Positions 10,981-24,119 of a DNA stretch of 64,000 bases are shown here, piece by piece; position 1 is the stretch's first letter; the number at the start of each line of letters is the position of its first letter. The position numbers were made by a program, and so were the translations under genes. This DNA is from Octopus vulgaris (Eukaryota): positions 154,070,001 to 154,134,000 of the forward strand of contig OX597814.1 of the NCBI GenBank assembly GCA_951406725.2, written 5' to 3'. The notes beneath the pieces were generated by a model. It made no database searches. It was given only the letters and a program-made list of their open reading frames with translations, and was not told where the DNA came from.

Positions 10981-11228
10981 AAAGAAAAATATATGTGTGT
11001 GTGTTTGTGTCCATTTTTCATTTCTGTAAAAATCAGTGAGCTACAAGCAGGGATGTTGTTGCATTTTGCCTTCAAAAACATGTGCAATACACAATCCCTT
11101 ACATGAAAAATAAGTTAAGGTTAGCAACAAGGAGGGGGTCCAACTGTAAAATAATTCCTCAAACATACTAGTCTCACCCATGTTTTAGCATTGGGAAGCC
11201 AGACATAAAAGCAAACAAACAATTTTCA

Positions 11229-11520
11229 TCATCATCATCATCATTTATTATCTGTCTTCCATGCTGGCATGTTTGGGTAGGTTGGTTTGATAGGAGCTGC
11301 ACCAGGTTCCATTGTCTGTTTTGGCATGGTTACTACAGCTGGTTACTCTTCCTAATGCCAACCACTTTACAGAGTCCACTGGGTGCTCTTTATGCGGCAC
11401 CAGTACTAGTGCTTTATACATGGCACCAGCACCAACAGGGTCACTAAGAACCTTGCAAAACAAAAATCCCCCTCAACTGGGACAGGGGAGTAGTATTGGG
11501 GGAGTGTGACTTTGTGTCAG
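11229..11520 (-). mobile_element. RTE-tail SINE/3' UTR (family A) with (CAT)n tail
   Basis: (cat)n followed by tccatgctggcatg...cctaatgccaaccac. Confidence 0.75.
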
Positions 11521-12059
11521 TTGAGAGATCTAAGGTATAGAGGGGACAAAGATAGGTGTCTTGCTGTAAGTGAGCTGGAGAGTAAAGTAGTGATAGTGAG
11601 AGATGATAGTGGAGATGAGTCAAAACATGCCCTCAATGGACATTGGGAGTGGTGAGAATAAGTGAGGTGATATAGAGGCTTGGACTGGGTGAATGGGCAG
11701 GAAGGGTGACTGTAACCAGTGATGGAGAGAAATACAGGAGGGGATTCAGGGTGGGAGCTGCATGTAGATATGTGAGGGTGATAGGAGGTAAGAGAGGAGT
11801 TGAAGGTGAGCAGTATAGAGGTGGGGGAGAGAAAGTGCAAAAAGGAGGTGATTGGAAGAGACTGTAGATGGAAGAAAAGTAACTGGAAGGGGAAGTAAAG
11901 ATAACTGAGAAAGCCAGAAAGTGTAGTATGTGCCTAGGGTAACAGGCTTTAGTGGATGAAATGTGGGTGGGGAAGAAGGTTGATGGGGTAGAGCCCCATA
12001 TGGACAAGCATTACCAAGGTGGTTATAGGATATCAATTCTCAAGTACAGCAAAGTACCA

Positions 12060-13600
12060 GATATCTCTCTCCTTTGTCATTTCCTTCATAAGGTTCACTG
12101 TTTTGAGATCAGCTTTCAACACTTTGTCCCATGTCTTTCTGGGTCTCCTTCTTCCATGAGTTCCATCCACAAGTTCCATTCACTTTAAGTGATTAGCACT
12201 TGTTTATGCAACTGTCCTCATCCATATGCACCACACAACGAAACCGGCACAGTCTTCTCTCTTGCACATTGGATCTAATTCCTCTTATGTCTAACTTTTC
12301 TCTCAATACACTAATGCTCTGTTGCACATTACATGTCCAACAGAGCATAGCAACTTCATTCCTCTCTGATTTCACATGTCCTCTGCATTCAGGGCCCATA
12401 TCTCACTACCATGTAGCATTGCTGTTTGTACATATGTATTATGAGAGACTTTTGATTGCTATCAGAGGTAAAATCTCTCTGAACTTTCTCCATCCTATTC
12501 TAGCAATTTACACCTTTTACTACTAATTAGGTCACCTAGATAGCAGAAATTATCTACTACTTCTAGAGAGCCTCTGGGATAATCAGTGTCCCATGTATCT
12601 GTAATCTTTATGGCTCTTGTACATCTTTCACATACAAACACTACTTTCTCAGTTAACCTTCCTACTACTCCACTATACCTTTTCTGTATCCATAGCCTGC
12701 ACTGGGTACACTAGATGGAATTCCTGCCTACACCTTTCCTGCACATCAAGCAGGGCCATTTACCAGAAGTGAGTAGGGCCCTGTCCAATTTCTTGCTTAC
12801 TAGGACCTTGGTCTTTGCTAAGTTAACTTTAAAATCCTTTGATTCCAGGTTTTGCTTCCACACCTGGAACTTCTCTAGTTTTGTTACAGAATCTGCTATG
12901 AGACCAAGAACACCAGCATATAGTAGTTCCTATGGGTTTCCAGTCTTAAATTCCTCTGTTATGACCTAAAAGATGATGATGGATAAGAGGAGGATGAAGA
13001 CTGAGCCTTGGTGAATACCTACCTGTACTCTAAATTTGTCTCTGTACTCATGGTTAATTCTTACCTTAGAAATAGCAACCCTGTACATGGCCTGTACTGC
13101 TTTCATAAGCCATTTATCTACCCCTAGCTTCCTCAGAGACCACCATCTCATAGACTGAGGTACCCTGTCGAAGGCTTTCTCTAGATCAACAAATGCCAAG
13201 TACAACAGCTTATTTTTAGCTAAATGCTTCTGTTGCAGTTGCCTGACTATGAAAATAGCATCGGTAATGTTTCTGCCTGGGACACAGCCAAACTGCATTT
13301 TGTCTAGTCTAATTTTGTTCCTAATTAATTGGGCTATAACGGTTTCCTTAACTTTCATCACCTGGTCCAGCAATTTGATGCCTCTATAATTACTTCTAAA
13401 AAATCCCCCTTACCCTTGTAGCAGCTGACTGTGATGCTGCTATACCAGTCACTGAAGATCATGTCTTCCTAAGTAACCTGATTAACTATACAGGTACTAG
13501 ACCATATCCTACACTACCAGATATTTTAAGCATCTCAGCAGTGAGTCCTGATAGACCATGGGCTTTCCCTATGAAAGATCCTCTGTATGGTTGAACTGAT
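12060..13600 (-). mobile_element. Old RTE-clade LINE fragment (RT domain to C-terminus), stops and frameshifts
   Basis: ORF 12966..13373 carries QFG..PGR..TDAIFIVRQLQ, LAFVDLEKAFDRVP and VGIHQGS. ORF 12193..12399 matches the C-terminus of 13808..14473. Confidence 0.9.
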
Positions 13601-13661
13601 AGAAATAGCCATCAAATTTCTTTCAAACTATACGCTATCATCTGAAAAATGAAATAAATAA

Positions 13662-13691
<30 letters not shown>

Positions 13692-13693
<2 letters not shown>

Positions 13694-15592
13694 GTAGAAA
13701 AGAAAAGGTGTAGGTAGAAACTCTATAAGATGTACCCAGTGTAAGCTATGGACACATAAGAGGTGCAGCAATGTCAAAGGTAGGCTAACTGGGAAGATAG
13801 TTTTTGTATGTGGCAGATGCTCGGGAGCATTAACCTCCGAAAATCTGCAGAAAACAACTTCCGTCACTTTCCAGGGGGAAAACTAGAAGTAGTTGATAGC
13901 TTCCGTTATCTAGGTGACCAAGTCAGTAGTGGGGGTGGGTGCGCTGAAAGTGTAACTGCTAGAATAAGAATAGCCTGGGCAAAGTTTAGGGAGCTCTTAC
14001 CTCTGCTGGTGACTAAAGGCCTCTCGCTCAGAGTAAAAGGCAGACTGTATGATGCGTGTGTACGAACAGCCATGCTACATGGCAGCGAAACATGGGCCGT
14101 GACTGCTGAGGACATGCGTAAGCTCGTGAGGAATGAAGCCAGTATGCTCCGATGGATGTGTAATGTCAGTGTACATACTCGACAGAGCGTTAGCACCTTG
14201 AGAGAAATGTTGTACCTAAGAAGCATCAGTTGTGGTGTGCAAGAGAGACGATTGCGCTGGTATGGTCATGTGGCGAGAATGGATGAAGATAGGTGTGTGA
14301 GAAAGTGCCAATCCCTAGCAGTTGAGGGAACCCGTGGAAGAGGTAGACCCAGGAAAACCTGGGACGAGGTGGTGAAGCACGACCTTCGAACTTTAGGCCT
14401 CACTGAGGAAATGACCAGAGACCGAGACCTTTGGAAATATTCTGTACGTGAGAAGACCAGGCAGGACAAGTGAGCCCAGCCCACTTATGAATGCCTTTCC
14501 TCCCTTGGACACAAAGACCGGTTGAGGCAAGCGAAGTCGATATAGAACCTCATCCGACGACAGACACCCATGCCAACCCCCCATGCTTGCGAAGACATGT
14601 TGGGGCAAGCGAAATCGGAATCGAAACCGAATTGAACCAGCCAGGATCCCTGGCCTGGTGGTACGTAAAAAGCACTATCCGACTCGTGGCCGTGGCACGT
14701 AAAATACTCCAATGCGACCGTACGACAGGCACCCATGCCAACCCCCTTTGCTTGTGAAGACATGTTGGGGCAAGCGAAATCGAAATCGAATTGAACCAGC
14801 CAGGATCCCTGGTCTGATGGTACGTAAAAAGCACTATCCGACTCGTGGCCGTGGCACGTAAAATACTCCAATGCGACCGTACGACAGGCACCCATGCCAA
14901 CCCCCTTTGCTTGTGAAGACATGTTGGGGCAAGCGAAATCGAAATCGAATTGAACCAGCCAGGATCCCTGGTCTGATGGTACGTAAAAAGCACTATCCGA
15001 CTCGTGGCCGTGGCACGTAAAATACTCCAATGCGACCGTACGACAGGCACCCATGCCAACCCCCTTTGCTTGTGAAGACATGTTGGGGCAAGCGAAATCG
15101 AAATCGAATTGAACCAGCCAGGATCCCTGGTCTGATGGTACGTAAAAAGCACTATCCGACTCGTGGCCGTGGCATGTAAAATACTCCAATGCGACCGTAC
15201 GACAGGCACCCTTGCCAACCCCCTTTGCTTGTGAAGACATGTTGGGGCAAGCGAAATCGAAATCGAATTGAACCAGCCAGGATCCCTGGTCTGGTGGTAC
15301 GTAAAAAGCACTATCCGACTCGTGGCCGATGCCAGCACCGCCTCGACTGGCTTCCGTGCCGGTGGCACATAAAATACACCAATCTGACCGTGGCCGTTGC
15401 CAGCCCCGCCTGGCACCTGTGCAGGTGGCACGTAAAAAGCACCCACTACACTCACGGAGTGGTTGGCGTTAGGAAGGGCATCCAGCTGTAGAAACATTGC
15501 CAAATTTAGACTGGAGCCTGGTGCAGCCTTCTGGCTTCCCAGAACCCCGGTCGAACCGTCCAACCCATGCTAGCATGGAGAACGGACGTTAA
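13692..15592 (+). mobile_element. Young 5'-truncated RTE-clade LINE: PHD-like finger, RT thumb/C-terminus and long 3' UTR
   Basis: LEVVDSFRYLG..RIRIAWAKF..HGSETW..RRLRWYGHVARM..RGRGRPRKTW, stop at 14473. CpGs retained; 3' tail ends aacggacgttaaa. Confidence 0.92.
14555..15329 (+). repeat. Tandem array of a 159-bp unit (~4.8 copies) in the LINE 3' UTR
   Basis: catgttggggcaagcg recurs at 14596, 14761, 14920, 15079 and 15238. Copies are near identical. Confidence 0.95.
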
Positions 15593-16677
15593 ATAAATAT
15601 ATATATATATTTAGTAAATACACTGTGCATGTAAAAAAAAACAACCCAAATTGGGGTTACTGGATAGTCATGACTGGAACACGTTTAATTACCGATCAGC
15701 TTAACCAGGACTGACCTGGGGGCTAAATAAATGTGTAAATGCTTGAATCCATAGCTTAACCTTTAGCACACTGTAGGTGCATCATGTCACTATTTGTTTT
15801 CTCTTCTGTAGTAACAGGGCAAGGGAAACAATGCTAGAGAAAATCAGTGTGCTAAAAGTTAAATTCTGAGTTTCAAGACCTTGAACCTCACTTACATAAA
15901 TTGTTCATCAACAGCATGCTGACAAGAATTAATATTTCTCACTATAATTTTATTTTGAATTATTTCTTTCATGAGATCCATTCTCTTCAAATCAATCCTA
16001 ACAGTTTCTACTTAAGTTTTCCTTAGGCTATCTCTACTACAGTTATTTTTTAAACAAGATACCTTCATTCACCATTAATTTGTGAATCCAATCAAAAGTT
16101 TTTTTTATCTAAATCTCTAATACTCTCCTGCTTTAAATCATATGCATTCTATCATTCTTGAAAATTAATATTGATTGTCCTACTTTAATTCATTACCAGT
16201 TGCCATAGATTCTAAACAGTCTCGGCTCTGCCCGCATTTCATTACCCTGCAGCATCATTTCAGCTTCTTGATAGCCAAACCCCTCTACATCTTAGATATA
16301 TCTGTTTAATGAATTCATGTATAAACATAGAATATATCCATGGTTACTTTTATTTAATAGCATATTGTTAAACTCAAATGCATTATTACTTAGGACCTGA
16401 AGCAGACAGGGCATGTCATTGACATGGGGTTGCAAAGGGTGATAAATGGATTTTGACAAACCGAGCTGATTGAAATGATTAATCAAACAATTGATTAGTT
16501 GATTGATGAACTGTTAACTAATAGTAATTAATGACTAATTGACTGATAATAGTTAAAAAAGTGAAATAGACCCAGTGTGTGTGTTTATTATTGGCATAAT
16601 GACCTACTGAGATATATCAAACCAAATACAAAAACGAAGTGAACAAATGCAGATTAAATGCAAGATTTTACTATTAA

Positions 16678-17069
16678 TCTTTCTCTATATAAAGCTGAAG
16701 TTGTCTGTGCATGGCAGGTTTGGTAGCCTTCAACTAACACTATCTCCTCCGAGACCCTGTGGCCCAAGTTGACCAAAATTGAGAGTATGATAGAAGAAGG
16801 CTTGCTCTTCCTTCCATTGAAGAAAAAATTCGAATTGGACCATGTTAACACCAAAAATTATTTACATAAAAAGGGTGCTTTTTTTCTATGAAAATCCCTA
16901 TTTTTTATGATTTTTTGACTGCTGTGTTGCCATTTTTCGGTGTATTTCAACCAGAAAAATGTTCACCTAATGAGAATAACAAGCTACATAATGCAAAATT
17001 TTTACTTTTCAAAAATTCCAGTTCTAAAGGGCTGAAACAAACCTGAGGAATGCTGGGCGATACTGTTAG
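16678..17069 (+). mobile_element. Non-autonomous Helitron-like element
   Basis: Begins A|TC..tctatataaa. Ends with a decayed GC hairpin (cctgaggaatgctggg) and a CTAG-like ttag|T. Confidence 0.55.
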
Positions 17070-17817
17070 TACTTATAAAAAGTGACTACAATTTAGCAAC
17101 AATCACATAAATACCTACTGATATAATTTTCATTCATCCAAATACACTCACCAGATTTATAAATGGAATAAATACATTTTTAATCAAGAATTGAATTGTA
17201 ATAAACTATAACCAAAATTTTTAGCAGTACAAATCTTACATTTTCAATCCAGGTTTTTAATCCAGTTTAAAGCAATACCTATTCTTTTACTGGTGTCAGT
17301 TATTGGGTTGTAGTCATACTAGAGTACTGTCTGTCTTTAAAAAGTTGATTGTATCAACCTGGTACTTATTTGATCCTTCTCTATCAGTGTTTAAGGTACC
17401 TTTTAAATGCAACAATATCATACTGTTTTACATCAGCATTCACAAACACTCAGACACACACACACACAGGCACACACACACGTGTATATTACATGTATTG
17501 TTATATACATTTACTGTGTGTATATAGTTGTTTTTGTTTAAAGTAAAACTACAAGTCAGGGCAAAGTACTCAATATGTAGAGGAAATATTTGCATTAAGT
17601 AAATTAATGACTTTTCTAGGACAAATTCTTTGGAGGAAGAAGCCGTATTTGTTCTGTAAGAATAAGTGCAAATTTATATACACAGGATGTTCATAAATTA
17701 TCTTTACAACTTCCATAATTTATTGTATTGTCTAGATGTGCTGTGTGTTACCAATGGGGCCCACATCGAAGTGTTCTGATGTTTCTAATAATACTTTGCC
17801 AATAAAATCTTCTGGGT

Positions 17818-18010
17818 AAGGTGAGCTGGGCGAAATGCTTAGTGGTATTTCGTCTGTCTTTGTTCTGAGTTCAAATTCCAATGAGGTTGACTTTGCCTTT
17901 CATCCTTTCGGGGTCGATAAATTAAGTACCAGTTCTGTAGTGGGGGTCGATCTAATTGACTGGGCCCCTCCCCCAAAATTTTGAGCCTTGTGCCTAAAAT
18001 AGAAAAGAAT
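17818..18010 (+). mobile_element. SINE family C
   Basis: gttctgagttcaaattcc..gactttgcctttcatcctttcggggtcgataaa. Confidence 0.8.
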
Positions 18011-18117
18011 AAACTCTGCTGGGTTATCCTTATTTTTCATTTTTTTCTCTAAATTTTTCAAAGTGTAAAGGTAATTTATAGACAACCTCTGTGTGTGTGT
18101 GAGTATGTATATATGTA

Positions 18118-18167
<50 letters not shown>

Positions 18168-18170
<3 letters not shown>

Positions 18171-18493
18171 ATCGAAATCGATCAATGGAAATCGATCAAT
18201 GGAAATTGCAGATGTGTTACCAGTGCCGGTGGCATGTAAGAGAACTTTCCGTTTCGCAACCGTTGCCAGCACCGCCCCGTTTCGTGTCCGTTGCCAGCCT
18301 CGCCTGGCCCTCGTGCCGGTGGCACATAAAAAGCACCATCCGTTCGTGGCCGTTTGCCAGCTCTGTCTGGCACCAGTGCGGGTGGCACGTAAAAAGCACC
18401 CACTACACTCACGGAGTGGTTGGCGTTAGGAAGGGCATCCAGCCGTAGAAACACTGCCAGATTTGACTGGGCCTGATGAAGTCTTCTGGCTTC
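18168..18493 (+). mobile_element. Young fragment of RTE 3' UTR/family A, truncated at both ends
   Basis: High identity to 15330-15540; flanked by a long direct duplication. Confidence 0.85.
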
Positions 18494-18559
18494 AAAGTGT
18501 AAAGGTAATTTATAGACAACCTCTATGTGTGTGTGTGAGTATGTATATATGTATGTGTG

Positions 18560-18597
<38 letters not shown>

Positions 18598-18609
18598 TGC
18601 ATACATATA

Positions 18610-18826
18610 CAAGTGGGTGCTGAAAAATTTCTGGATGTGGGTAAAATTAAATACACAAGGATCAGTTAATTATGATTTTATTCAACATATTCCTTTCTCA
18701 GATTCACACACTTATTGCAGCTGTCCTTCAATTTTTCTAAGTCCTGTAAAAGAACTTGAAAGGTTGGGCCTCCAATCAGGCCTTTTGCAATACCCTTAAA
18801 GCCAGAAACTTTTTAGCACCCTCTTG
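18610..18826. mobile_element. Mariner-type MITE
   Basis: TIRs gggtgctgaaaa / tttttagcaccc; inserted in TA/CA microsatellite. Confidence 0.8.
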
Positions 18827-18830
18827 TGTG

Positions 18831-18878
<48 letters not shown>

Positions 18879-21292
18879 GAGTATGTTATGGTCTTCAGAC
18901 TTGTTGGATCCTGTCAAAGTGTCCAGCTCATGCCAACCTAGAAAGCTGATGTCAAATAATGATGCACACACATACACATAATGAGTTTGCACATACTTTC
19001 TTTCTACCAAATTTCTCACACTGACCAACATAAGACTACTTACTAGAAAAAATCACACAAAGTTTTGAGAGTGGGATCAAATCCACATCTACTACACCAT
19101 AGGTCTATACCGTTACCTATATCAAGAATAAACCAAGAATTCTTATACATATCACATTTCTGAAATATATTTCCTGTCACCATCTGTTTTTTTGTGTAGC
19201 TATACAAAGACTTGCTTGATATGTGGCATTTTTAGAAGGCCATATGTCCATTATTACAGTTCACAACACAAAAAACTTCATAAATTAGAAAGAAAAAAAA
19301 TGCTGTTTAATGAAGCTTAGCTGTAATTATTTTATTTTATCTTTTCTTAGAAAGTAATCTGATAATCTGAAGTTAGATTTAGTTAAAACCTGAGAAATTT
19401 TTATTGCATAATATCAATTTCTTTTTAATGATTTATTACGATGTTATTTTTCTTTCTTTTTGAAGAATTAATAGAAGTTATTTGTTTTCTTAAGTGCATC
19501 CTTTGAATACACTTTTATCTCTCTTTCTCATAATTTTAGTAGTTGTAGGTTTACCCTAGTTCATGATGCAGTTTAATCAATTCAAATTGTTGCATGTTTG
19601 TGACTTAATAGCAGGTGCATTAGTAGGTAAAGCTGTCAGTGTGAATTTCTGTGTATGGAGACAGCAGGCAAAGTAACACAGAATGTTGGTCAGGTGATAT
19701 AATCCTAGGACAAGAATGTTGTTTTCAATGCTTCTGTGTTTTGTATTCATGGGAAGAATTTTTTTTATATCTGAATTGATTATCATATTGTGAAAACCCT
19801 ACTTTCTTACGACAATAGATTGTTAATATACTAAGTTCATGAATATACAGACATGTGATGAGATGTCACAATTTTATCACAGATATTGTCATATATAATG
19901 TCTCTTTAATGGGTATCCTATTTTATCATGTTAATATGATAATGACGACCTGCATAAGTAATTCCTATGAGGAAAGAGACTATAGAAAAATTTTATACCT
20001 TTTCTTAGTGATATCTTATAGACAGACTACATCTTTACCGGTAGTCAAAATTAGGTCATGAATTCTTGCTAATGATGATGATATTTAGAGATGAATATTC
20101 ATAAAAATTGTAATTAAATAGATTTCTAGCAGGTCTTTGTCCTGCATTTGAATGAATATGCTAAAGAGTTTTCAACAATATAATTCAATTGCAAGCACTC
20201 CAGATTATCATGACAGAAGAAACATAGAAGAAATATTTAAAATATTCTACTGAATGACACCCAATTTAATTCCCTGTCTCTTATAAATCTCAAACAGTGT
20301 GCTTGTATAGAAAGTGAATAGCAACAACTTAACCTATTTTATCTTTTACATGTTTTAGTCTGTAGACTCTGGCTATGCTGGAGCACTACCTTGGAGGGGT
20401 TAGTTGAACAAATTGATCCCAGTACTAATTTTCTAGTGTAGTACTTACTCTGTCAGTCTCTCTTGTCAAACTGCTAAATTACAGGAGTGTAAACAAACCA
20501 ACTCTGATTGTCAAGCAGTGGTGGGATACAGACATATGGTACACACACACACATGCACATGGAGGGTTCCATAGTCTCTTTTGGTTTGGTTTCTATTACT
20601 GGATGTCCTTCTTAATGTCAGCCACTTTACAGAGTGTACTGGGTGCTTTTTACATAGCACCAGCATCTTTTCTTTTTATGTGGCACCATCACCACTGCTT
20701 TTTACATGGCGACATTAAAAAAAATCCACATCACAATTATTTATCTAGGAGTACCCTAACTCTGAATAAGGTCTGCTAAAAGATAGAATTGTCTAGCCTT
20801 GTCACAGACAATCTCTCTATTACTAGAAAGCATAATAAAGTGTACCCAAAAGACAATGTTAAGTGGTTGTTGATGTGAAGATCTTTCAACCAATGAAAAC
20901 ATTCCAGAATATGGAGGCTGTGCTCAAGATGCAGACATCACAGGTTACATCACAGGCTATCTGTTTAGGAACTACTACAGAGTAGAAAGGACTCAATAGC
21001 CTTGTTGCACACAATCTCAGTACTGAATTTATGATGAGATGTATCCTAGTCAATATTGTAACACATATATCATTAAGGGACAATAGTTTTTCTCTGTTGC
21101 TGTGTGTGCTACATGGTATGAACTGAGATAAGTGACCAAATACAGTGGGACCTATGCAAGCCATGAAAAAAAAAAAATGAATAGATCTGAAGTAAATTAG
21201 ATTACGGTTGGGTTAACTCTGCAGGTGAAATGTAGGTTATTTTACTTTTTGGTAAATATTCCTAGCAATCCAAATCCAAAGAGTCTGTGCAC

Positions 21293-21326
<34 letters not shown>

Positions 21327-21381
21327 ATGTAATATGGATTCATAAAATTGTGTGGCTATTCCAGAAAGTTCCTCCAGCTTT

Positions 21382-21599
21382 ATGAGGAAGTCTTGAAAAG
21401 TTCCTGGCTTTGAGTAAAAGAAAATACAAGAGGATCAGTTAATTATGATTTTATTCAACATATTCCCCTCTCAGATTCACACACTTATCGCAGTGTTCCT
21501 TCAGTTTTCCTAAGCCCTGTAAAAGAACTCAGAGGGTTGGATTTCCAACCAGGCCTTTCATGATGCCCTTAAAGCCAGGAACTTCTCAGCGCCCCTTTA
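21382..21599. mobile_element. Mariner-type MITE
   Basis: Same TIRs and body; TA flanks. Confidence 0.8.
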
Positions 21600-23376
21600 T
21601 GTGTATGTGTGTGTATATATCATCTAAAACCATAGCCTAAGGAGAGTGCATATTAAGATTAATTTCAACAACCAGGTAATCTAATATCACTTGTCTCCTT
21701 TCTAGAATTGTCGGTCATTGGTTTTTCTGAGAGAGTCTCTTCTGCTCTTTGGCAGAAATTTTTTATAAACCGCTGAGTGCCAATAGACTCTACAGTTAGT
21801 AAACTTGTTATCAAAGAAGAGTTTAGTTGCTAGCCTCTTGCTCATAAGGTATGCAGTACTAGATTACATAGTACTAATAGAAAGCCGACCTGATCAAATA
21901 TATATGTGTGTATGTGAGAGACATGAGTATTGCTCCTGAAAACTTATACATTATCTTAAAAATGTTTGAACTAAATAGGCGTAAAACATCCTAATATTAT
22001 CACACAGATTGGTCACCTAACTGAGGTTGTCTAGGAGGATGGCCAATGTTGTAAATTTAGTGTTTTGTGTTTATCTGGGTTAGGCAGAGAAGAAAATTAG
22101 AGATTTTTGGATGATGTAGCAATCTTTCTGAGTTATACTTAAGTACATATTTTAATTTACATGTTGTTTGTCATGGCAAAGTTCACTGTATCAAGAGAGA
22201 CTCATAAAAAAGGTTTGTATGGCATTATCTCAGATGAGACTATAAAATAGTTATTATTCACAAGCATCTAAAATGTGTTTTAATTCTGAAGAAGTGAACT
22301 CTGATAGAGAAAGATGATGGTACTTTGATTATCTATTGAAAAGGAGGTATTTCTTTTATGCACTATAAAAGGTTTTAATACAAAAAAATGTCACCCAACC
22401 AGAGTTAAGGTGACCCAATTTAAAAGAGGTGTAGGGAGTGCGTGATTTAAGCTCCATCTGAATTAATTTCTTACATAATTATGTCTCAGATTTATAGCTT
22501 ATATTGTGTGATGTTAATAATATTTTCAATTTAAATGGTAAGAAATGGCAGGGATTAAACCAGACTGTGAATGTCGGTAATTAGTGGAACTCTCTACAAC
22601 TTTTATATTATGAATTGAAAGTTGCCTCTTTCATCCCTCAGGGGTCAATGAAATAAATACTAGTCAACTGCTCCCTTTTCCATTATGTGTTGCCTTGTGT
22701 TTCTGATGAAAATCCTTATTTCATGTTACCTTCATAGACAAAACTTCTTTTATTGGACTTAATGTTTCTGAAAACAAAATCACTCTTTCCTCATTTTAAT
22801 GATTTATACTTTAATGAAGAATAAATGGGTCAATACCACTTAATGCAATAATTGATAAAGTATTACAAGCAGGAGTTAATGATTATATTCTAAAAGTCAT
22901 TTAATTTAAGAACAATTAGGAAGATCTTCTCTTATTTACAGTATCATTTCTATTCTGCTGCTCCACACTATCAGACTTCACCTACTCTCCCAATTGTGAT
23001 ATATAAAAATATATAAATTCATATCACCAAGTTCATATTCCCAAGATATAGAATAGGTTATATTTTTACACAAAAATGTTTGCAAGGAAATTAACATGAA
23101 ATAGAATATATTTTAAAAGATAATATTGAACAATTTGTGTGTATGAGTCATTGTCTATGAAAATAATATATTCGTTCAATCATTATGAAAGTGTGTGTGC
23201 ATGTGCGTATCAGATGAATATATTTGAGCGTTCATAATTTCGTGTGGAGTGGATTTCTTAAGTAAATAAATATCCAATTTGGTTTGAATGGACAGAAATT
23301 GCTTATTTTATATTTATAGAGAAAAAAATTGACCGACTCAAGTTTTCTGAAACAAATGAATGTGTCCAAAAGTAAA

Positions 23377-23582
23377 CACCGGTTGTCAAGTGGTGGTAGG
23401 GAACAAACACAAACACAGTGGTATACACACACATGACTGGCTTTGTTTAGTTTCCATCTACCAAACCCACTCACAAGACTTCGCTCACCCTGGGGTTATA
23501 GTAGAAAACATTTTCCCAAGGTGCCGCACAGTACGACTGAACCCAGAACCATATGGTTGGGAAGCGAACTGCTTACCACAGT
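23377..23582 (-). mobile_element. tRNA-derived SINE family B, partial
   Basis: cccaaggtgccgcacagt..actgaacccagaaccat..ggttgggaagc. Confidence 0.75.
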
Positions 23583-24119
23583 GTGATGTGGATTTGTTAA
23601 GCAAATTTCCAATTCTGTTCAAATGGACAGTATCTGCTTATCTTTTACTTATAGAGAAAATGATGGATCAACTCAAGCTTTCCGAAACAAACAAACATGT
23701 CAAAAGTAAAGCCACTAATGCAGTCAAGTAATTTTTCTTAAAGTTTTCTGCTACATCTATGAAACTGGGTTGTGTAACCAGCAAAATTTAATGTGTTAAC
23801 TGAATTGAATTTTCTTTTCTTTTCTTATTTTCTTTTTTTTTTTTTGCAAGTAAAATAATCCTTTGAACTTTTTGTTTAGAAACTGTCAACAAGTTGTCAA
23901 AATAGTAGCGGTCACTGATTGGATGGAAATAGAGTCAAGGTGGATCATCCGATCATATATATTATTGAAAACATCAGTAAAGTGGAGTCAGTGAGCTGTG
24001 CAGCTACAATGCAAATATGTCTAAGCTTGAAGAAACCTATATAAATTTGATTTTTACATAAGTTCTGAGTCATATGCTGCAAGTGAAGTAGACATTTAAT
24101 GATTATTATTGTTACTATA

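Noticed and set aside
11517-12036. Several ~100-aa S/P/L/H-rich ORFs on the minus strand
   Set aside because: Artefact of a purine-rich low-complexity tract.
14485-15563. 251-aa and 337-aa repeat ORFs as genes, or the array as CRISPR
   Set aside because: They arise from a 159-bp tandem unit in a LINE UTR. There are no unique spacers or cas genes, and the context is eukaryotic.
21705-21849. Exon-like segment (ctttctag acceptor, AAG|gtatgc donor)
   Set aside because: Stops in all frames; cannot be supported as coding without transcript data.
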